Program-made: the position numbers and the translations under genes | From: Candidatus Heimdallarchaeota archaeon | Lineage (GTDB): Archaea; Asgardarchaeota; Heimdallarchaeia; Hodarchaeales; Hodarchaeaceae | NCBI GenBank assembly: GCA_020353515.1 | Contig: CP070695.1 | Location: 3,257,532-3,321,531, forward strand | DNA length: 64,000 nt | Reading direction: 5' to 3' | Part shown: positions 19,312-28,900 of the stretch, piece after piece | How the letters are laid out: the number at the start of each line of letters is the position of its first letter | How positions within the stretch are numbered: position 1 is the stretch's first letter | The notes under the pieces: generated by a model | What the model saw: the letters and a program-made list of their open reading frames with translations, nothing else | Told to the model about the DNA's origin: nothing | Database searches by the model: none

Positions 19312-20067
19312 TTGATTATGATAAGTTTAGATGTTTCTAATCATGTGGGAATACTCAAGCTAAATCGAGATATCACAAATGCAATAAATCTCGAACTAGT
19401 GAAAAAAATTACTAAGAATATTCGAGAAATAAAGACTGATCCAGATATTCACAGTATTGTACTTTCTAGTACAAATGATAAGTTCTTTGCTATTGGTTTT
19501 GATATTCCAGAGTTGATTGAGCTTTCTCGGAACGAATTCAAGGTTTTTTATCAATCATTCAATCAGTTATGTCTGGATCTATATTCTTTCCCTAAACCCA
19601 CGATTGCAGCATTAACTGGACATGCAATAGCAGGTGGATGCATTCTAGCTCTCTGTTGTGACTACCGATTTATTGCAGAAGGCCGAAAACTCATGGGACT
19701 TAACGAAGTCAAACTAGGAGTTCCAATTCCGTACCCAGGAGACTGTATTTTACGACAGGCTGTAGGTTCTCGGCATGCGCAGGAGATAACATATGTTGGT
19801 GACTTCTATCCTTCCGATGAGTTACTAAAAATGGGTATGGTTGACAATGTGTTTCCTGTAGACCAGGTACTAAATAAATCGATTGAAAAAGCTCAATTAT
19901 TAGGCTCCTTACCACAAGGAGCATTTGAAAGAATCAAACGTAATCGTATCGAATTGGTTAGAACACAAATTATTGAATATCTAGCTGAAAAAGAAGAGAT
20001 TTTTCTAGAACACTGGTTTTCAGCAGAAGCCCGAGAACGACTGAAAGAAGCCATCGAAAAGTTCTAG
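19312..20067 (+). CDS. Enoyl-CoA hydratase/isomerase (crotonase family, delta-isomerase-like)
   Basis: FAIGFDI, PKPTIAALTGHAIAGGCILALCCDYR and GLNEVKLG. Confidence 0.92.
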   Translation: MIMISLDVSNHVGILKLNRDITNAINLELVKKITKNIREIKTDPDIHSIVLSSTNDKFFAIGFDIPELIELSRNEFKVFYQSFNQLCLDLYSFPKPTIAALTGHAIAGGCILALCCDYRFIAEGRKLMGLNEVKLGVPIPYPGDCILRQAVGSRHAQEITYVGDFYPSDELLKMGMVDNVFPVDQVLNKSIEKAQLLGSLPQGAFERIKRNRIELVRTQIIEYLAEKEEIFLEHWFSAEARERLKEAIEKF

Positions 20068-20543
20068 ACCTTACCTTCTTCGGCCATTGACTTACATTTT
20101 CTTAAGACATAATCTAGAAATATATCACAAGTCTGCTTCCAACCCTTGGTAGCCAGATATTGACCGAGTTCCTCTCCTTTGCTAAAATCTGTTCGACTTA
20201 GTTCTTTACATTTAGTAGAACCGAATTTTTCTAAGAAATCACTATACAATTCCCCTACAGCCTGTACAGCCTTATTTCTCTCATCATCACACTCCTCTGG
20301 AACTTTTTCCTTCCCTTGACCACAACGAAATCCAATGGCAACACTACTACCTATTAGAAGTCCACATGTTGTTTTCCCTGACATTATGGCCCCTAAATAC
20401 CCTCCTGTTGCCCAAGAATACTCCTCCAGAGGTAAATTCCATAGAGTTAGTAATGCTTGTAATGATGCCTCAGCACAAGTATATCGATGCATTCTCTTGT
20501 ATGCTTGAGTGAGAATATCATTGAAAGCGTCTTGATCTGCCAT
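20064..20543 (-). CDS. C_GCAxxG_C_C family putative redox protein
   Basis: YTCAEA, GGYLGAI..TCG, FGSTKCKEL and TC motifs. Confidence 0.85.
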   Translation of the reverse strand: MADQDAFNDILTQAYKRMHRYTCAEASLQALLTLWNLPLEEYSWATGGYLGAIMSGKTTCGLLIGSSVAIGFRCGQGKEKVPEECDDERNKAVQAVGELYSDFLEKFGSTKCKELSRTDFSKGEELGQYLATKGWKQTCDIFLDYVLRKCKSMAEEGKV

Positions 20544-20576
20544 GTGATAATCCCTTTTCCTAATTAGTTGTGGTTT

Positions 20577-21071
20577 TTATAATTCTTCTTGTTCTAATTG
20601 TCCCCAGCACTTTTCACAGAAAATGCTCGTTTTTAATCTAGCTTCCCATACACTGTTTGAGAAAGTCATCACACAGGGAAGAGAACAGTGTTTTAATCCA
20701 AAAACGTGCCCTAATTCATGAGTGATTTCTTTTTGTAGAAATTCTGGGTCATCTTCAAGTCTATAAACCGAAACGACTGCACCTACACCTGTTAATGCGA
20801 TTCCAAATACAAAATTCAACTCTGGAACATATGTATCTTTAGAGATTATTAATAGTACAATCCCAGTAGAGTTATGAGACGAGGCAAAAGCTAACAGACA
20901 ATTTGCATCATATTGCCTTCGATTTGCATTCCAGCAAGAACTAGGAAGTTGAACTGATTTCTTCACATCAACCTTGTCGAATGGAAAGACATCCATTAAA
21001 TGATTATCAAGTCCTGATATTAAAGTTTGAGAAATGTCTGGATCAAGCATGATTTTTAAACAAAGTGGCAT
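20577..21071 (-). CDS. amzA: Archaemetzincin Zn-metalloprotease
   Basis: LNFVFG and HELGHVFGLKHC..CVMTFSNS..FCEKC. Confidence 0.9.
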   Translation of the reverse strand: MPLCLKIMLDPDISQTLISGLDNHLMDVFPFDKVDVKKSVQLPSSCWNANRRQYDANCLLAFASSHNSTGIVLLIISKDTYVPELNFVFGIALTGVGAVVSVYRLEDDPEFLQKEITHELGHVFGLKHCSLPCVMTFSNSVWEARLKTSIFCEKCWGQLEQEEL

Positions 21072-21184
21072 TATTTGTCCTCATAAGACCCTGCTGTTTC
21101 CGATTTTCTTTTTAATACCTTGTTTTCAATGTAGATAATAATCCCCAGTAGTAAGATTTTAATATAATAAATAAAACCAGCCAT
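21071..21184 (-). CDS. Putative small single-TM protein (37 aa), not in the ORF track
   Basis: Translates as MAGFIYYIKILLLGIIIYIENKVLKRKSETAGSYEDK; its TAA overlaps the ATG at 21071 (TAATG). Confidence 0.35.
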   Translation of the reverse strand: MAGFIYYIKILLLGIIIYIENKVLKRKSETAGSYEDK

Positions 21185-21388
21185 ATGGAGATGAGAATGC
21201 TCTACCAATGGAATCCGTCGCTAGTGGACGACCACCAGCATTTATTTTCAAGTCCAAAATGTTAAGGTTGAGCATATCCTATAGATTTTGTTGTTCTCTT
21301 CTACCAATATTATATAATAGCGGAGTCTGCAGCTTTTTAATTAGAAAAAATACTAGATCAGCAGATTTTACAACATTTCGCCTAATTT

Positions 21389-22534
21389 ATGGAGTTTTTA
21401 AGCATGAAAAACAATAATGATTTCGTTGTCACACCATATGAAGTACAGGGAAAAGTGGACTATAACAAGCTTATGGAACGATTTGGAACAGAACCAATAG
21501 ATCAGGCTTTACTAGAAAGAATCCGAAAGCATACTGGTGATTTACATTTCATGTTACGTCGTGGAACCTTCTTTACTCATCGAGATATGAATTTTATCCT
21601 AGATGAATGGGAGAAAGGTAATAAATATTATCTTTACACTGGTCGGGGCCCCTCTGAGGATATTCACCTTGGACATCTGGTTCCATGGATTTTTACTAAA
21701 TGGTTGCAAGATAAATTTAAAGTCAAGTTTATATTCCAACTTACTGATGATGAAAAATTCTTGATTGAAGAAAAATTAAGCAAAGAAGAAACATATTCCT
21801 TTGCAATTGAAAACGCTTGTGATGTGATCGCTTTAGGATTTGATCATAAGAATACTGAAATTATTATCGATACAGACAATGCTCAAACATTCTACAACAT
21901 TGCCCTTCCTGTTGCCAAGAAAATCACTTATTCAACGGTAAAAGCATCTTTTGGATTTGATAATTCCATAAATATTGGAAGTGTCTTTTATACAAGCATC
22001 CAAGCTGTTCCTGCAGTTCTTGAAAGTGTCAGACAAGGAAAAAACATTCCCTGTCTCATTCCTCACGCGATAGATCAAGACCCTCATTTCAGATTAGCAC
22101 GTGATGTACTTCCAAGATTGGGATACTACAAACCAGCCAGCATCCAATGTTCATTCCTTCCTGCTCTTGGTGGGCCTGAAGGTAAGATGTCTGCTTCTGA
22201 TCCCACTCAAACAGTATATGTTACAGATGACCCCAAAACTGTTGAAATGAAGATCAAAAAACATGCATTCTCTGGAGGACAAGTATCTGTAGCTGAACAC
22301 CGAAAGAAAGGGGGGGATCCAGATATTGATGTTAGTTTTCAATGGCTAAAAATCCTCTTTGAACCTGATGATAAAAAGATCAAGACAATAGAGGAGGATT
22401 ATCGGAATGGAGATATGCTTACTGGAGAGTTAAAAGCAATTTTAATCGAGAAAATCAATACATTCCTTGAAAGTCATAGATCAAAACGTGAAAAAGCACG
22501 AGATCAGTTGGATAATTATTTAGTCAAAGATTAA
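21389..22534 (+). CDS. trpS: Tryptophanyl-tRNA synthetase (archaeal/eukaryotic type)
   Basis: VVTPYEV, YLYTGRGPS..HLGH, CLIPHAIDQDPHFR and KMSAS. Confidence 0.97.
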   Translation: MEFLSMKNNNDFVVTPYEVQGKVDYNKLMERFGTEPIDQALLERIRKHTGDLHFMLRRGTFFTHRDMNFILDEWEKGNKYYLYTGRGPSEDIHLGHLVPWIFTKWLQDKFKVKFIFQLTDDEKFLIEEKLSKEETYSFAIENACDVIALGFDHKNTEIIIDTDNAQTFYNIALPVAKKITYSTVKASFGFDNSINIGSVFYTSIQAVPAVLESVRQGKNIPCLIPHAIDQDPHFRLARDVLPRLGYYKPASIQCSFLPALGGPEGKMSASDPTQTVYVTDDPKTVEMKIKKHAFSGGQVSVAEHRKKGGDPDIDVSFQWLKILFEPDDKKIKTIEEDYRNGDMLTGELKAILIEKINTFLESHRSKREKARDQLDNYLVKD

Positions 22535-22635
22535 TTGTTTTTATCACCCTCTCCCTTATTACTTTTTGAATAGATCAGGAGGAGTAAAGGCCAGAAATCC
22601 TCTTAAAACTCCTAAATCATTCTTGTTTATTACTC

Positions 22636-22968
22636 TTGGAGGTTAAGAAAGTGTTTATTGTATGTGTAACTGTCTTTGTTAAACCCGAATATCGAGACGC
22701 GTTTATAGAAGCTTCCTTAGAGAATGCTAGAAATACAAGAAATGAACCTAAGAACTTACGATTTGATGTCTTACAATGCTTAGATGACCCTGATCGTTTC
22801 TTCTTATACGAGGTCTATCAAGACGAAACTGGCATGAATGATCACAAAACCACTAGCCATTATCAAAAATGGCGAGAGACTGTCGAAGAAATGATGGCAA
22901 AACCCCGTGAAGGCATCAAACATAAGAATCTATTTCCAATAACAGAAGAATCTTTTCTGTCAAAATAG
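22636..22968 (+). CDS. Antibiotic-biosynthesis-monooxygenase (ABM) domain protein, LsrG-like
   Basis: EPKNLRFDVLQ, FFLYEVY and HKTTSHYQKWRETVEEMMAKPR. Confidence 0.88.
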   Translation: MEVKKVFIVCVTVFVKPEYRDAFIEASLENARNTRNEPKNLRFDVLQCLDDPDRFFLYEVYQDETGMNDHKTTSHYQKWRETVEEMMAKPREGIKHKNLFPITEESFLSK

Positions 22969-22977
22969 GAGAGAAAA

Positions 22978-24150
22978 ATGGAATTTGAGTTTCTTCCTAC
23001 TCCCTGTATTTTCTTTGGTCCCAAACAGTTTCATAAAATTGGAACTCTTGTGAAAGAGCTTGGTTCACGATTATTGATCGTTGCAAGTGGAAGTGCATTA
23101 AACTCTCCTGAGACGAGAGAAACGGTTTCAACCTTAAAGCAAGAGATTGAGTTTGATACCTTTTTAGTTACAGGAGAACCAACTATCGAAACCATTGATT
23201 CTGGTGTTCAAAAAGCTCACGATTTCAAAGCAGATGTGATTATGGGACTTGGTGGGGGAAGTGCTATTGATGGCAGTAAGGCAATTGCAGGCTTAATCAC
23301 AAACCCAGGGGGATCAGCTAGAGATTATATGGAAGTGATTGGGAGAGGATCTGTTATTACTCAACCTTCACTACCCATCGTAGCAGTGCCTACAACAGCA
23401 GGTACTGGTAGTGAGGTTACAAAAAATGCAGTGATTTTAGCAGAGAAGGAAAAATTTAAAGCTAGTATTCGTAGTCCCCTTTTAATCCCCAAAATAGCAA
23501 TCATTGATCCAAGGTTGATGCAAGCAGTTCCACCTTCTGTTACTGCAACTTGTGGAATGGATGCTTTAACGCAACTGATTGAGGCTTACACATCAAATAA
23601 AGCTCAACCATTAACAGAAACATTAGCTTTACTGGGAGTCAAAAAAGCAACAAAATCTCTTTTAATCTGTTACAAAAAAGGAGAATCTTTAGAAGCGAGA
23701 GAAGATATGGCTTTAGCTTCATTATTAAGTGGAATCTGCTTAGCAAATTCAGGTTTAGGAGCTGTACATGGATTCGCCTCACCTATGGGAGGATTGAAAA
23801 TCCCTCATGGAGTTATATGTGCAGCTCTCCTAGCACCCACAATCGAAGCAAACATCAAGCAATTGACAATGAAAGACCCAAAAAATACAGCACTTAAAAA
23901 ATATGCAAAATTAGGAGAAATTGTCTCTGGAAAGACAATTCCATCGATTAATGATGCTCATATTGCTCTAATAAATTACTTGAAAACCTTAACAAAACAA
24001 TTAAATATCCCAACTTTGTCGAAATTTGCATTATCTGATTCTGATGTTCAAACTATTGTTGATAACGCAATTAAGTCCTCAAGTATGAAGTATAATCCAA
24101 TCAAATTGAAAAAAGAAGTATTAAAAGAAATATTACATCAAATCATTTGA
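22978..24150 (+). CDS. Iron-containing alcohol dehydrogenase
   Basis: GGGSAID, PTTAGTGSEVT, MDALTQLIE, GAVHG and PHG. Confidence 0.94.
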   Translation: MEFEFLPTPCIFFGPKQFHKIGTLVKELGSRLLIVASGSALNSPETRETVSTLKQEIEFDTFLVTGEPTIETIDSGVQKAHDFKADVIMGLGGGSAIDGSKAIAGLITNPGGSARDYMEVIGRGSVITQPSLPIVAVPTTAGTGSEVTKNAVILAEKEKFKASIRSPLLIPKIAIIDPRLMQAVPPSVTATCGMDALTQLIEAYTSNKAQPLTETLALLGVKKATKSLLICYKKGESLEAREDMALASLLSGICLANSGLGAVHGFASPMGGLKIPHGVICAALLAPTIEANIKQLTMKDPKNTALKKYAKLGEIVSGKTIPSINDAHIALINYLKTLTKQLNIPTLSKFALSDSDVQTIVDNAIKSSSMKYNPIKLKKEVLKEILHQII

Positions 24151-24152
24151 AA

Positions 24153-25301
24153 CTAATCTGATCCAAGTATTTGATGAGCTTCTTTCAGTTGGTCAATTAT
24201 TGGAATATTTTGTGGACATTTCTCGAGACACTCTTCACATTCAATACAAGCTGTTGCATCTTTGCCAGGTAGCCACCGCAGCTTCCCAATCTGAGCATAC
24301 ATCACTTTTGAGTCTTCCTTTTGCCCATATACTTGATATCGAATTAAAAAGTTGAAGATTTCCTTGATATTTACCTCATTTGGGCAGGGCATACAATAGC
24401 CACAACCAGTACAGACCACATCAGAGAGTTCCTTGAATTTAGCTGCGATGTTCTTAATCCGGTCTTTCTCCTCAGTAGATAGTACATTATAATCTTCTTT
24501 TGACACTAATTTTAAATTTTCATCCAACATCTGGTCAGATCCCATCCCTGAAAGAGCAACCGACACATTGGGATTATTGAGCACGAATTTCAAAGCTAGA
24601 TCCACAAAGTTATTTCTACCCTCGGTAGTCCAGTGTTGCATTGATTCAGGGAGAGGAGAACCTGCTAACCTGCCACCCCCGACAGGCCCCATGATCGCAA
24701 CACCTAATCCTTTTTCAGCGGCATATGCCAACATCTCTTCGTTCACTTGATCAATGATGTTGTATTGCACCAACATCAGTTCAAAATGCCCAGTATCAAT
24801 TATTTCCTTGAGAACTTCTGGTGTATCATGAAATGAGAATGCAATATGTTTGATTTTTCCAGCTTCTTTTGCTGCCTTTGCTCTTTCGATGAGATTTAAT
24901 CCTATAATTTTTTCCTTGAATGTTTTACCATTAATGCCATGGAAGAGATAAAAGTCCAAGTAGTCAACATCGAGTTTCTCCAGCTGTTCATTGAGATACT
25001 TATCGTAATGAGCAGACTCTGTGAAATCAGGCATTCCTACAGGACATTTCGTTGCAAGAATCACTTTTTCGCGATAACCGTCCTTTAATGCCTGTCCGAC
25101 AACAATCTCACTTTCCTTATCATGATATGGATAAGCAGTATCGATATAATTAATACCAGAGTCAATTCCTTTTCTAATTAACCGAATCGCTTCTTCACGA
25201 TTAATCGCGGGTTGTCCAGGTTTTAGTGTTGGAAGTCTCATACATCCAAATCCTAAAGCAGATACTTTTATACCTGTATTTCCTAATTTTCTATAATTCA
25301 T
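24153..25301 (-). CDS. Aldo/keto reductase with C-terminal Fe-S domain
   Basis: LGFGCMRLP, YIDTAYPYH and ATK; C-terminal CTGCGYCMPCP and CIECEECLEKCPQ. Confidence 0.93.
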   Translation of the reverse strand: MNYRKLGNTGIKVSALGFGCMRLPTLKPGQPAINREEAIRLIRKGIDSGINYIDTAYPYHDKESEIVVGQALKDGYREKVILATKCPVGMPDFTESAHYDKYLNEQLEKLDVDYLDFYLFHGINGKTFKEKIIGLNLIERAKAAKEAGKIKHIAFSFHDTPEVLKEIIDTGHFELMLVQYNIIDQVNEEMLAYAAEKGLGVAIMGPVGGGRLAGSPLPESMQHWTTEGRNNFVDLALKFVLNNPNVSVALSGMGSDQMLDENLKLVSKEDYNVLSTEEKDRIKNIAAKFKELSDVVCTGCGYCMPCPNEVNIKEIFNFLIRYQVYGQKEDSKVMYAQIGKLRWLPGKDATACIECEECLEKCPQNIPIIDQLKEAHQILGSD

Positions 25302-25351
25302 AATCTTTTGATTCCTTTTTTCTTGTGATAAGATGCTTTTCGAGTATGCAG

Positions 25352-26764
25352 TTAGGCTGATTTGTCGATCTTTGTTTGATGGAGTTCTTTGAGTTTTTCC
25401 TTAACGCTCTTTAGTTTTTCGCCATATAGACCAAAATAGTTAATAAAAAGGATTGATAATAGAGAGGCAACTGCTGGGAATATAGAGAAGAGGAGTCGAA
25501 GACCTAAACGAAAATCTTCTAATTTTTGAGGATCGACAGCTTCACCAAAATATTGTTCCCACCCAAAACCACTAAAGACTACTGCAATAGAAACGAAGAC
25601 AAGAATGATTGATAAACGCATTATGAACGCATTAACTCCATAATAGGCTCCTTCCCGCCTAACTCCTGTGCGAATTTCATCTTCATCTATAATATCACTC
25701 ATAATGAGGTCTTTCAAGTACAAACTACCAGCTATGCCAATACCAAGAAAGAAAAAGCTCAGAACTCCTAGAATCCAGTCATCGATGACAAAAAATGGTA
25801 ATAATCCTAATATCAGAACAGCTAATGATATCATCCATGTTTTTCTTAAATCACCTAATCGATTTCCTACATATTTCCACAGGTTAACGAATATAGCGGC
25901 AGAAATAAAAGTAAATCCCAAAAGGATTCCCACTAGAAATGTAGGAATGTCCTGTAATACAGATGTTGCATATAATGGAGCAATGGTTGTTAAAATACCG
26001 AAAACATACCAGCTAAAGGTATTTGCTACCACAAAAATTTGAAAATATCTGTTCTTTAAAGTATGGAGAAAAGCATTTTTCCATTCAGGGACATTTAATG
26101 CATCATCCACAAATTCTGGCCGCTCTCGAAAAGCTCCACCTCTAATCCCGATGAAATAACATATGAAAACAATTATCCCAATAACTATCCCAGCAAGCTG
26201 ATATTGTCCAATGGTCGTTACTTGATCAGTTTCTCCTTTTAAATCCGAAATTATTAATGTAGGAACAATGAATGCGATTAATAATCCCATAATTAAGAAA
26301 ATCTGGCGAAAATTATTTGCTTTCGCTCTATCGTCCTCTGTTTGATACATTTCAGGAAAGAGACTAGTCATATTCAGTGAATTTGTCGTATAGATTGTAT
26401 CCCATAGCACGATTATTCCTAAAAAGTAAAAGTAGCTCCAATCTAAATTCCAAAACGGTGGTGTCCAGATCAAAATCATAATTGCGGATAATGGGATGAA
26501 TGAACCCACAATAAACGGTATACGACGACCCCAACGAGTTTTTGTCCTATCAGAAATCAGTCCAATAAGGGGATCGTTTATTGAATTCCATAACGACCAT
26601 GCAATAAATCCTAATGCCATGTGAATTACATTAAGACCAATGACAGCGTAATAGAAAGTAAATATAAGAAAACTAAAATTTTGATATGAAATTGCATCTC
26701 CCATTGTGGCAAGAGCAAAAAAAATAGGATTACCTGGTGTATATTCAGTTTCTGATTTTTCCAT
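25352..26764 (-). CDS. MFS transporter, glycoside-pentoside-hexuronide (GPH) family
   Basis: 12 TM; NSINDPLIGLISDRTKTRWGRRIPF and DIIDEDEIRTGVRREGAYYG. Confidence 0.93.
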   Translation of the reverse strand: MEKSETEYTPGNPIFFALATMGDAISYQNFSFLIFTFYYAVIGLNVIHMALGFIAWSLWNSINDPLIGLISDRTKTRWGRRIPFIVGSFIPLSAIMILIWTPPFWNLDWSYFYFLGIIVLWDTIYTTNSLNMTSLFPEMYQTEDDRAKANNFRQIFLIMGLLIAFIVPTLIISDLKGETDQVTTIGQYQLAGIVIGIIVFICYFIGIRGGAFRERPEFVDDALNVPEWKNAFLHTLKNRYFQIFVVANTFSWYVFGILTTIAPLYATSVLQDIPTFLVGILLGFTFISAAIFVNLWKYVGNRLGDLRKTWMISLAVLILGLLPFFVIDDWILGVLSFFFLGIGIAGSLYLKDLIMSDIIDEDEIRTGVRREGAYYGVNAFIMRLSIILVFVSIAVVFSGFGWEQYFGEAVDPQKLEDFRLGLRLLFSIFPAVASLLSILFINYFGLYGEKLKSVKEKLKELHQTKIDKSA

Positions 26765-26779
26765 ATTTGATTCACCTTT

Positions 26780-28543
26780 TTATTCTAGATAGGCAGGTTT
26801 TGGGACATCCCAAGCACCATATACAGGGCTTTCACTTAGAGGATGGTTTCTTTCAACGTTAACCCAGAGAAGAGTTGGTCCTTCTTGCCACTTAAGGGCT
26901 TCTTTAAAATATTTCTGAAACTCTTCTGGATTTTTGATCTTCTTTGCCCAACAACCAAAAGCTTCGGCTAACTGGGTAAAATCTGGGCTGTATGGTTTGT
27001 CGTTTCTAAGAAATTCAGTTCCATAAATACGATTTTTTCCATAAGCATTAATTTGTAAATCTCTAATTGATATCCAGCCAGAATTATCTGCAATTACTAT
27101 TACTATTGGAATTTTTAGCTGTTGAGCAGTTGCCAATTCTTGACAAGTCATTAAGAAACTTCCGTCTCCTTCTACTGAAACAACAGTTCGATTAGGATGA
27201 GCGAGTTTTACACCTATTGCTGCAGGAACACCAAATCCCATTGTACTAAAACCCCCAGATGATATATGTGTCCCTTCAGAAAGAATTTGAAATTCCTGAA
27301 AAAGAGCTGCTTGGGTATGACCTGCACTTGTTACCACATAACCATCTTTTGGTAAAGCTTTTCTTAATTCCATCAGGAGTCTGGAGATGGTCATTGGAGA
27401 TGTATGTTGTTTTAATGGTTCAAGTTTTTCAAACCAGTCTTTTCGTTGTTCTTCCAACCATTTAACGATGGGTTGGTTTGACAAATCAGCTTGTTTTTTA
27501 TTTCGGCTTTTTAATTCCAGAAATATTTGATTTAACGTGGTTTTAATATCTGAAAGGAGAGGTAAATAAACAGGATAGTTTTTTCCAAGTTCACCAGGAT
27601 CAATATCCACCTGAATGACTTTAGTAGGTGGAATTGAGAATGAGACCCCTTTTTCATAACTGCTTGTGGTTTCGTCTGCAAACCTACATCCTAAGGCAAG
27701 AAGTACATCAGCTTTACGAGTCAATTCATTTCCAATTGGGGAACCTTTAGTCCCAGGATAAAATCCAAATAAGGGGTGGTTTTCAACAAATGCTCCTTTT
27801 CCAGCTAATGTGGTACACACAGGAATTCCCAAAAATTCTGAAACTTGTTTAAGCTCAAGAAATGCTTTTGATGAAAGCACACCCCCTCCAGCTAGAATAA
27901 CAGGGTTTTTTGCTGCTAACAGAAGGTCAACCACTTGTTTAATTGCCTCTGGATCTGGAAAGACTCGTTGCTGGTTAATCACAAAAGGTGGATCGTTAAA
28001 AAGCTGCATCTCTTTTGCACTAGACTGGATATCCATTGGGAGATCAATATGAACAGGGCCAGGACGCCCTGTTACAGCTGTTTTAAACGCGTTATGTAAC
28101 ACCCAGGGTAGCTGATCTAAGCTTGTTACTTGGTAACTACGCTTAACAACTGGTTTCATTATTGAAGGGAAATCTGCCCAATGTTTACGTTCAATCTCTT
28201 GAAGAACACCGACACCTTGCCAATGGACATGAACTCCTCCAGTAATGACAATCATTCCGGTGGAATCAACAAATGCTGTTGCTACACCTATCACTGTATT
28301 ACATCCCCCTGGTCCAATGCTTGTAAAAACTACTAAAGGTTTTCCAGTTACACGGAAATATCCATCTGCCAAATGACACGCAGATTGTTCATGTCTTACT
28401 TGAATTAATGGAATTTCATGCTCTAAAAAGGCATCAACAAGTCCTAAACATCCATGGCCTGGAATTCCAATTGCATAAGGTACTTTTTGGGCTTTAATAT
28501 ATTTTGCTACTGCTTCTCCACCAGTGAGTCTAGATGTAGTCAT
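26780..28543 (-). CDS. Thiamine-diphosphate-dependent enzyme (acetolactate synthase superfamily, IolD-like features)
   Basis: GIPGHG, RHEQ, TSIGPG, VLQEIE and GDGSFLM..N; start ATG at 28543 is preceded by AGGTGA (ORF track starts at 28609). Confidence 0.88.
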   Translation of the reverse strand: MTTSRLTGGEAVAKYIKAQKVPYAIGIPGHGCLGLVDAFLEHEIPLIQVRHEQSACHLADGYFRVTGKPLVVFTSIGPGGCNTVIGVATAFVDSTGMIVITGGVHVHWQGVGVLQEIERKHWADFPSIMKPVVKRSYQVTSLDQLPWVLHNAFKTAVTGRPGPVHIDLPMDIQSSAKEMQLFNDPPFVINQQRVFPDPEAIKQVVDLLLAAKNPVILAGGGVLSSKAFLELKQVSEFLGIPVCTTLAGKGAFVENHPLFGFYPGTKGSPIGNELTRKADVLLALGCRFADETTSSYEKGVSFSIPPTKVIQVDIDPGELGKNYPVYLPLLSDIKTTLNQIFLELKSRNKKQADLSNQPIVKWLEEQRKDWFEKLEPLKQHTSPMTISRLLMELRKALPKDGYVVTSAGHTQAALFQEFQILSEGTHISSGGFSTMGFGVPAAIGVKLAHPNRTVVSVEGDGSFLMTCQELATAQQLKIPIVIVIADNSGWISIRDLQINAYGKNRIYGTEFLRNDKPYSPDFTQLAEAFGCWAKKIKNPEEFQKYFKEALKWQEGPTLLWVNVERNHPLSESPVYGAWDVPKPAYLE

Positions 28544-28618
28544 CTCTTTCACCTGAATTAAGTGACATATTAAGTAGAATGGAGGCTGTTTTTGAATATT
28601 TAAGAACACTTTGAGATT

Positions 28619-28873
28619 TTAATCCAAGTCTTGATAGATATTAACGCCACATTTTGGACAATAAATTGAATCAGGGGGTAATTTAATCCCACATCTTCTG
28701 CAAAAGACATGTGTATACTTTTGTTCTTCCCTAATAACGTCTCTAAACCCAAAAGCCAGAGGAAGAAGTAGAAACAAGAATAAAAATGGAAAATCAAAGA
28801 AAATGAACAAGATTAGACTTATTACAGAAATTGTAATAGATATAATAAAGATTAAAGCCAATTTAGTCTCCAT
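28619..28873 (-). CDS. Small membrane protein with zinc ribbon
   Basis: Two TM segments followed by CRRCG..CPKCG. Confidence 0.8.
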   Translation of the reverse strand: METKLALIFIISITISVISLILFIFFDFPFLFLFLLLPLAFGFRDVIREEQKYTHVFCRRCGIKLPPDSIYCPKCGVNIYQDLD

Positions 28874-28900
28874 TCTGTTCCCAATTTTCTGGTTGATTAT

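Noticed and set aside
21198-21240. tRNA or tRNA fragment (contains GAATCC and ACCA)
   Set aside because: No cloverleaf, no GTTCRA T-loop, and the spacing is wrong.
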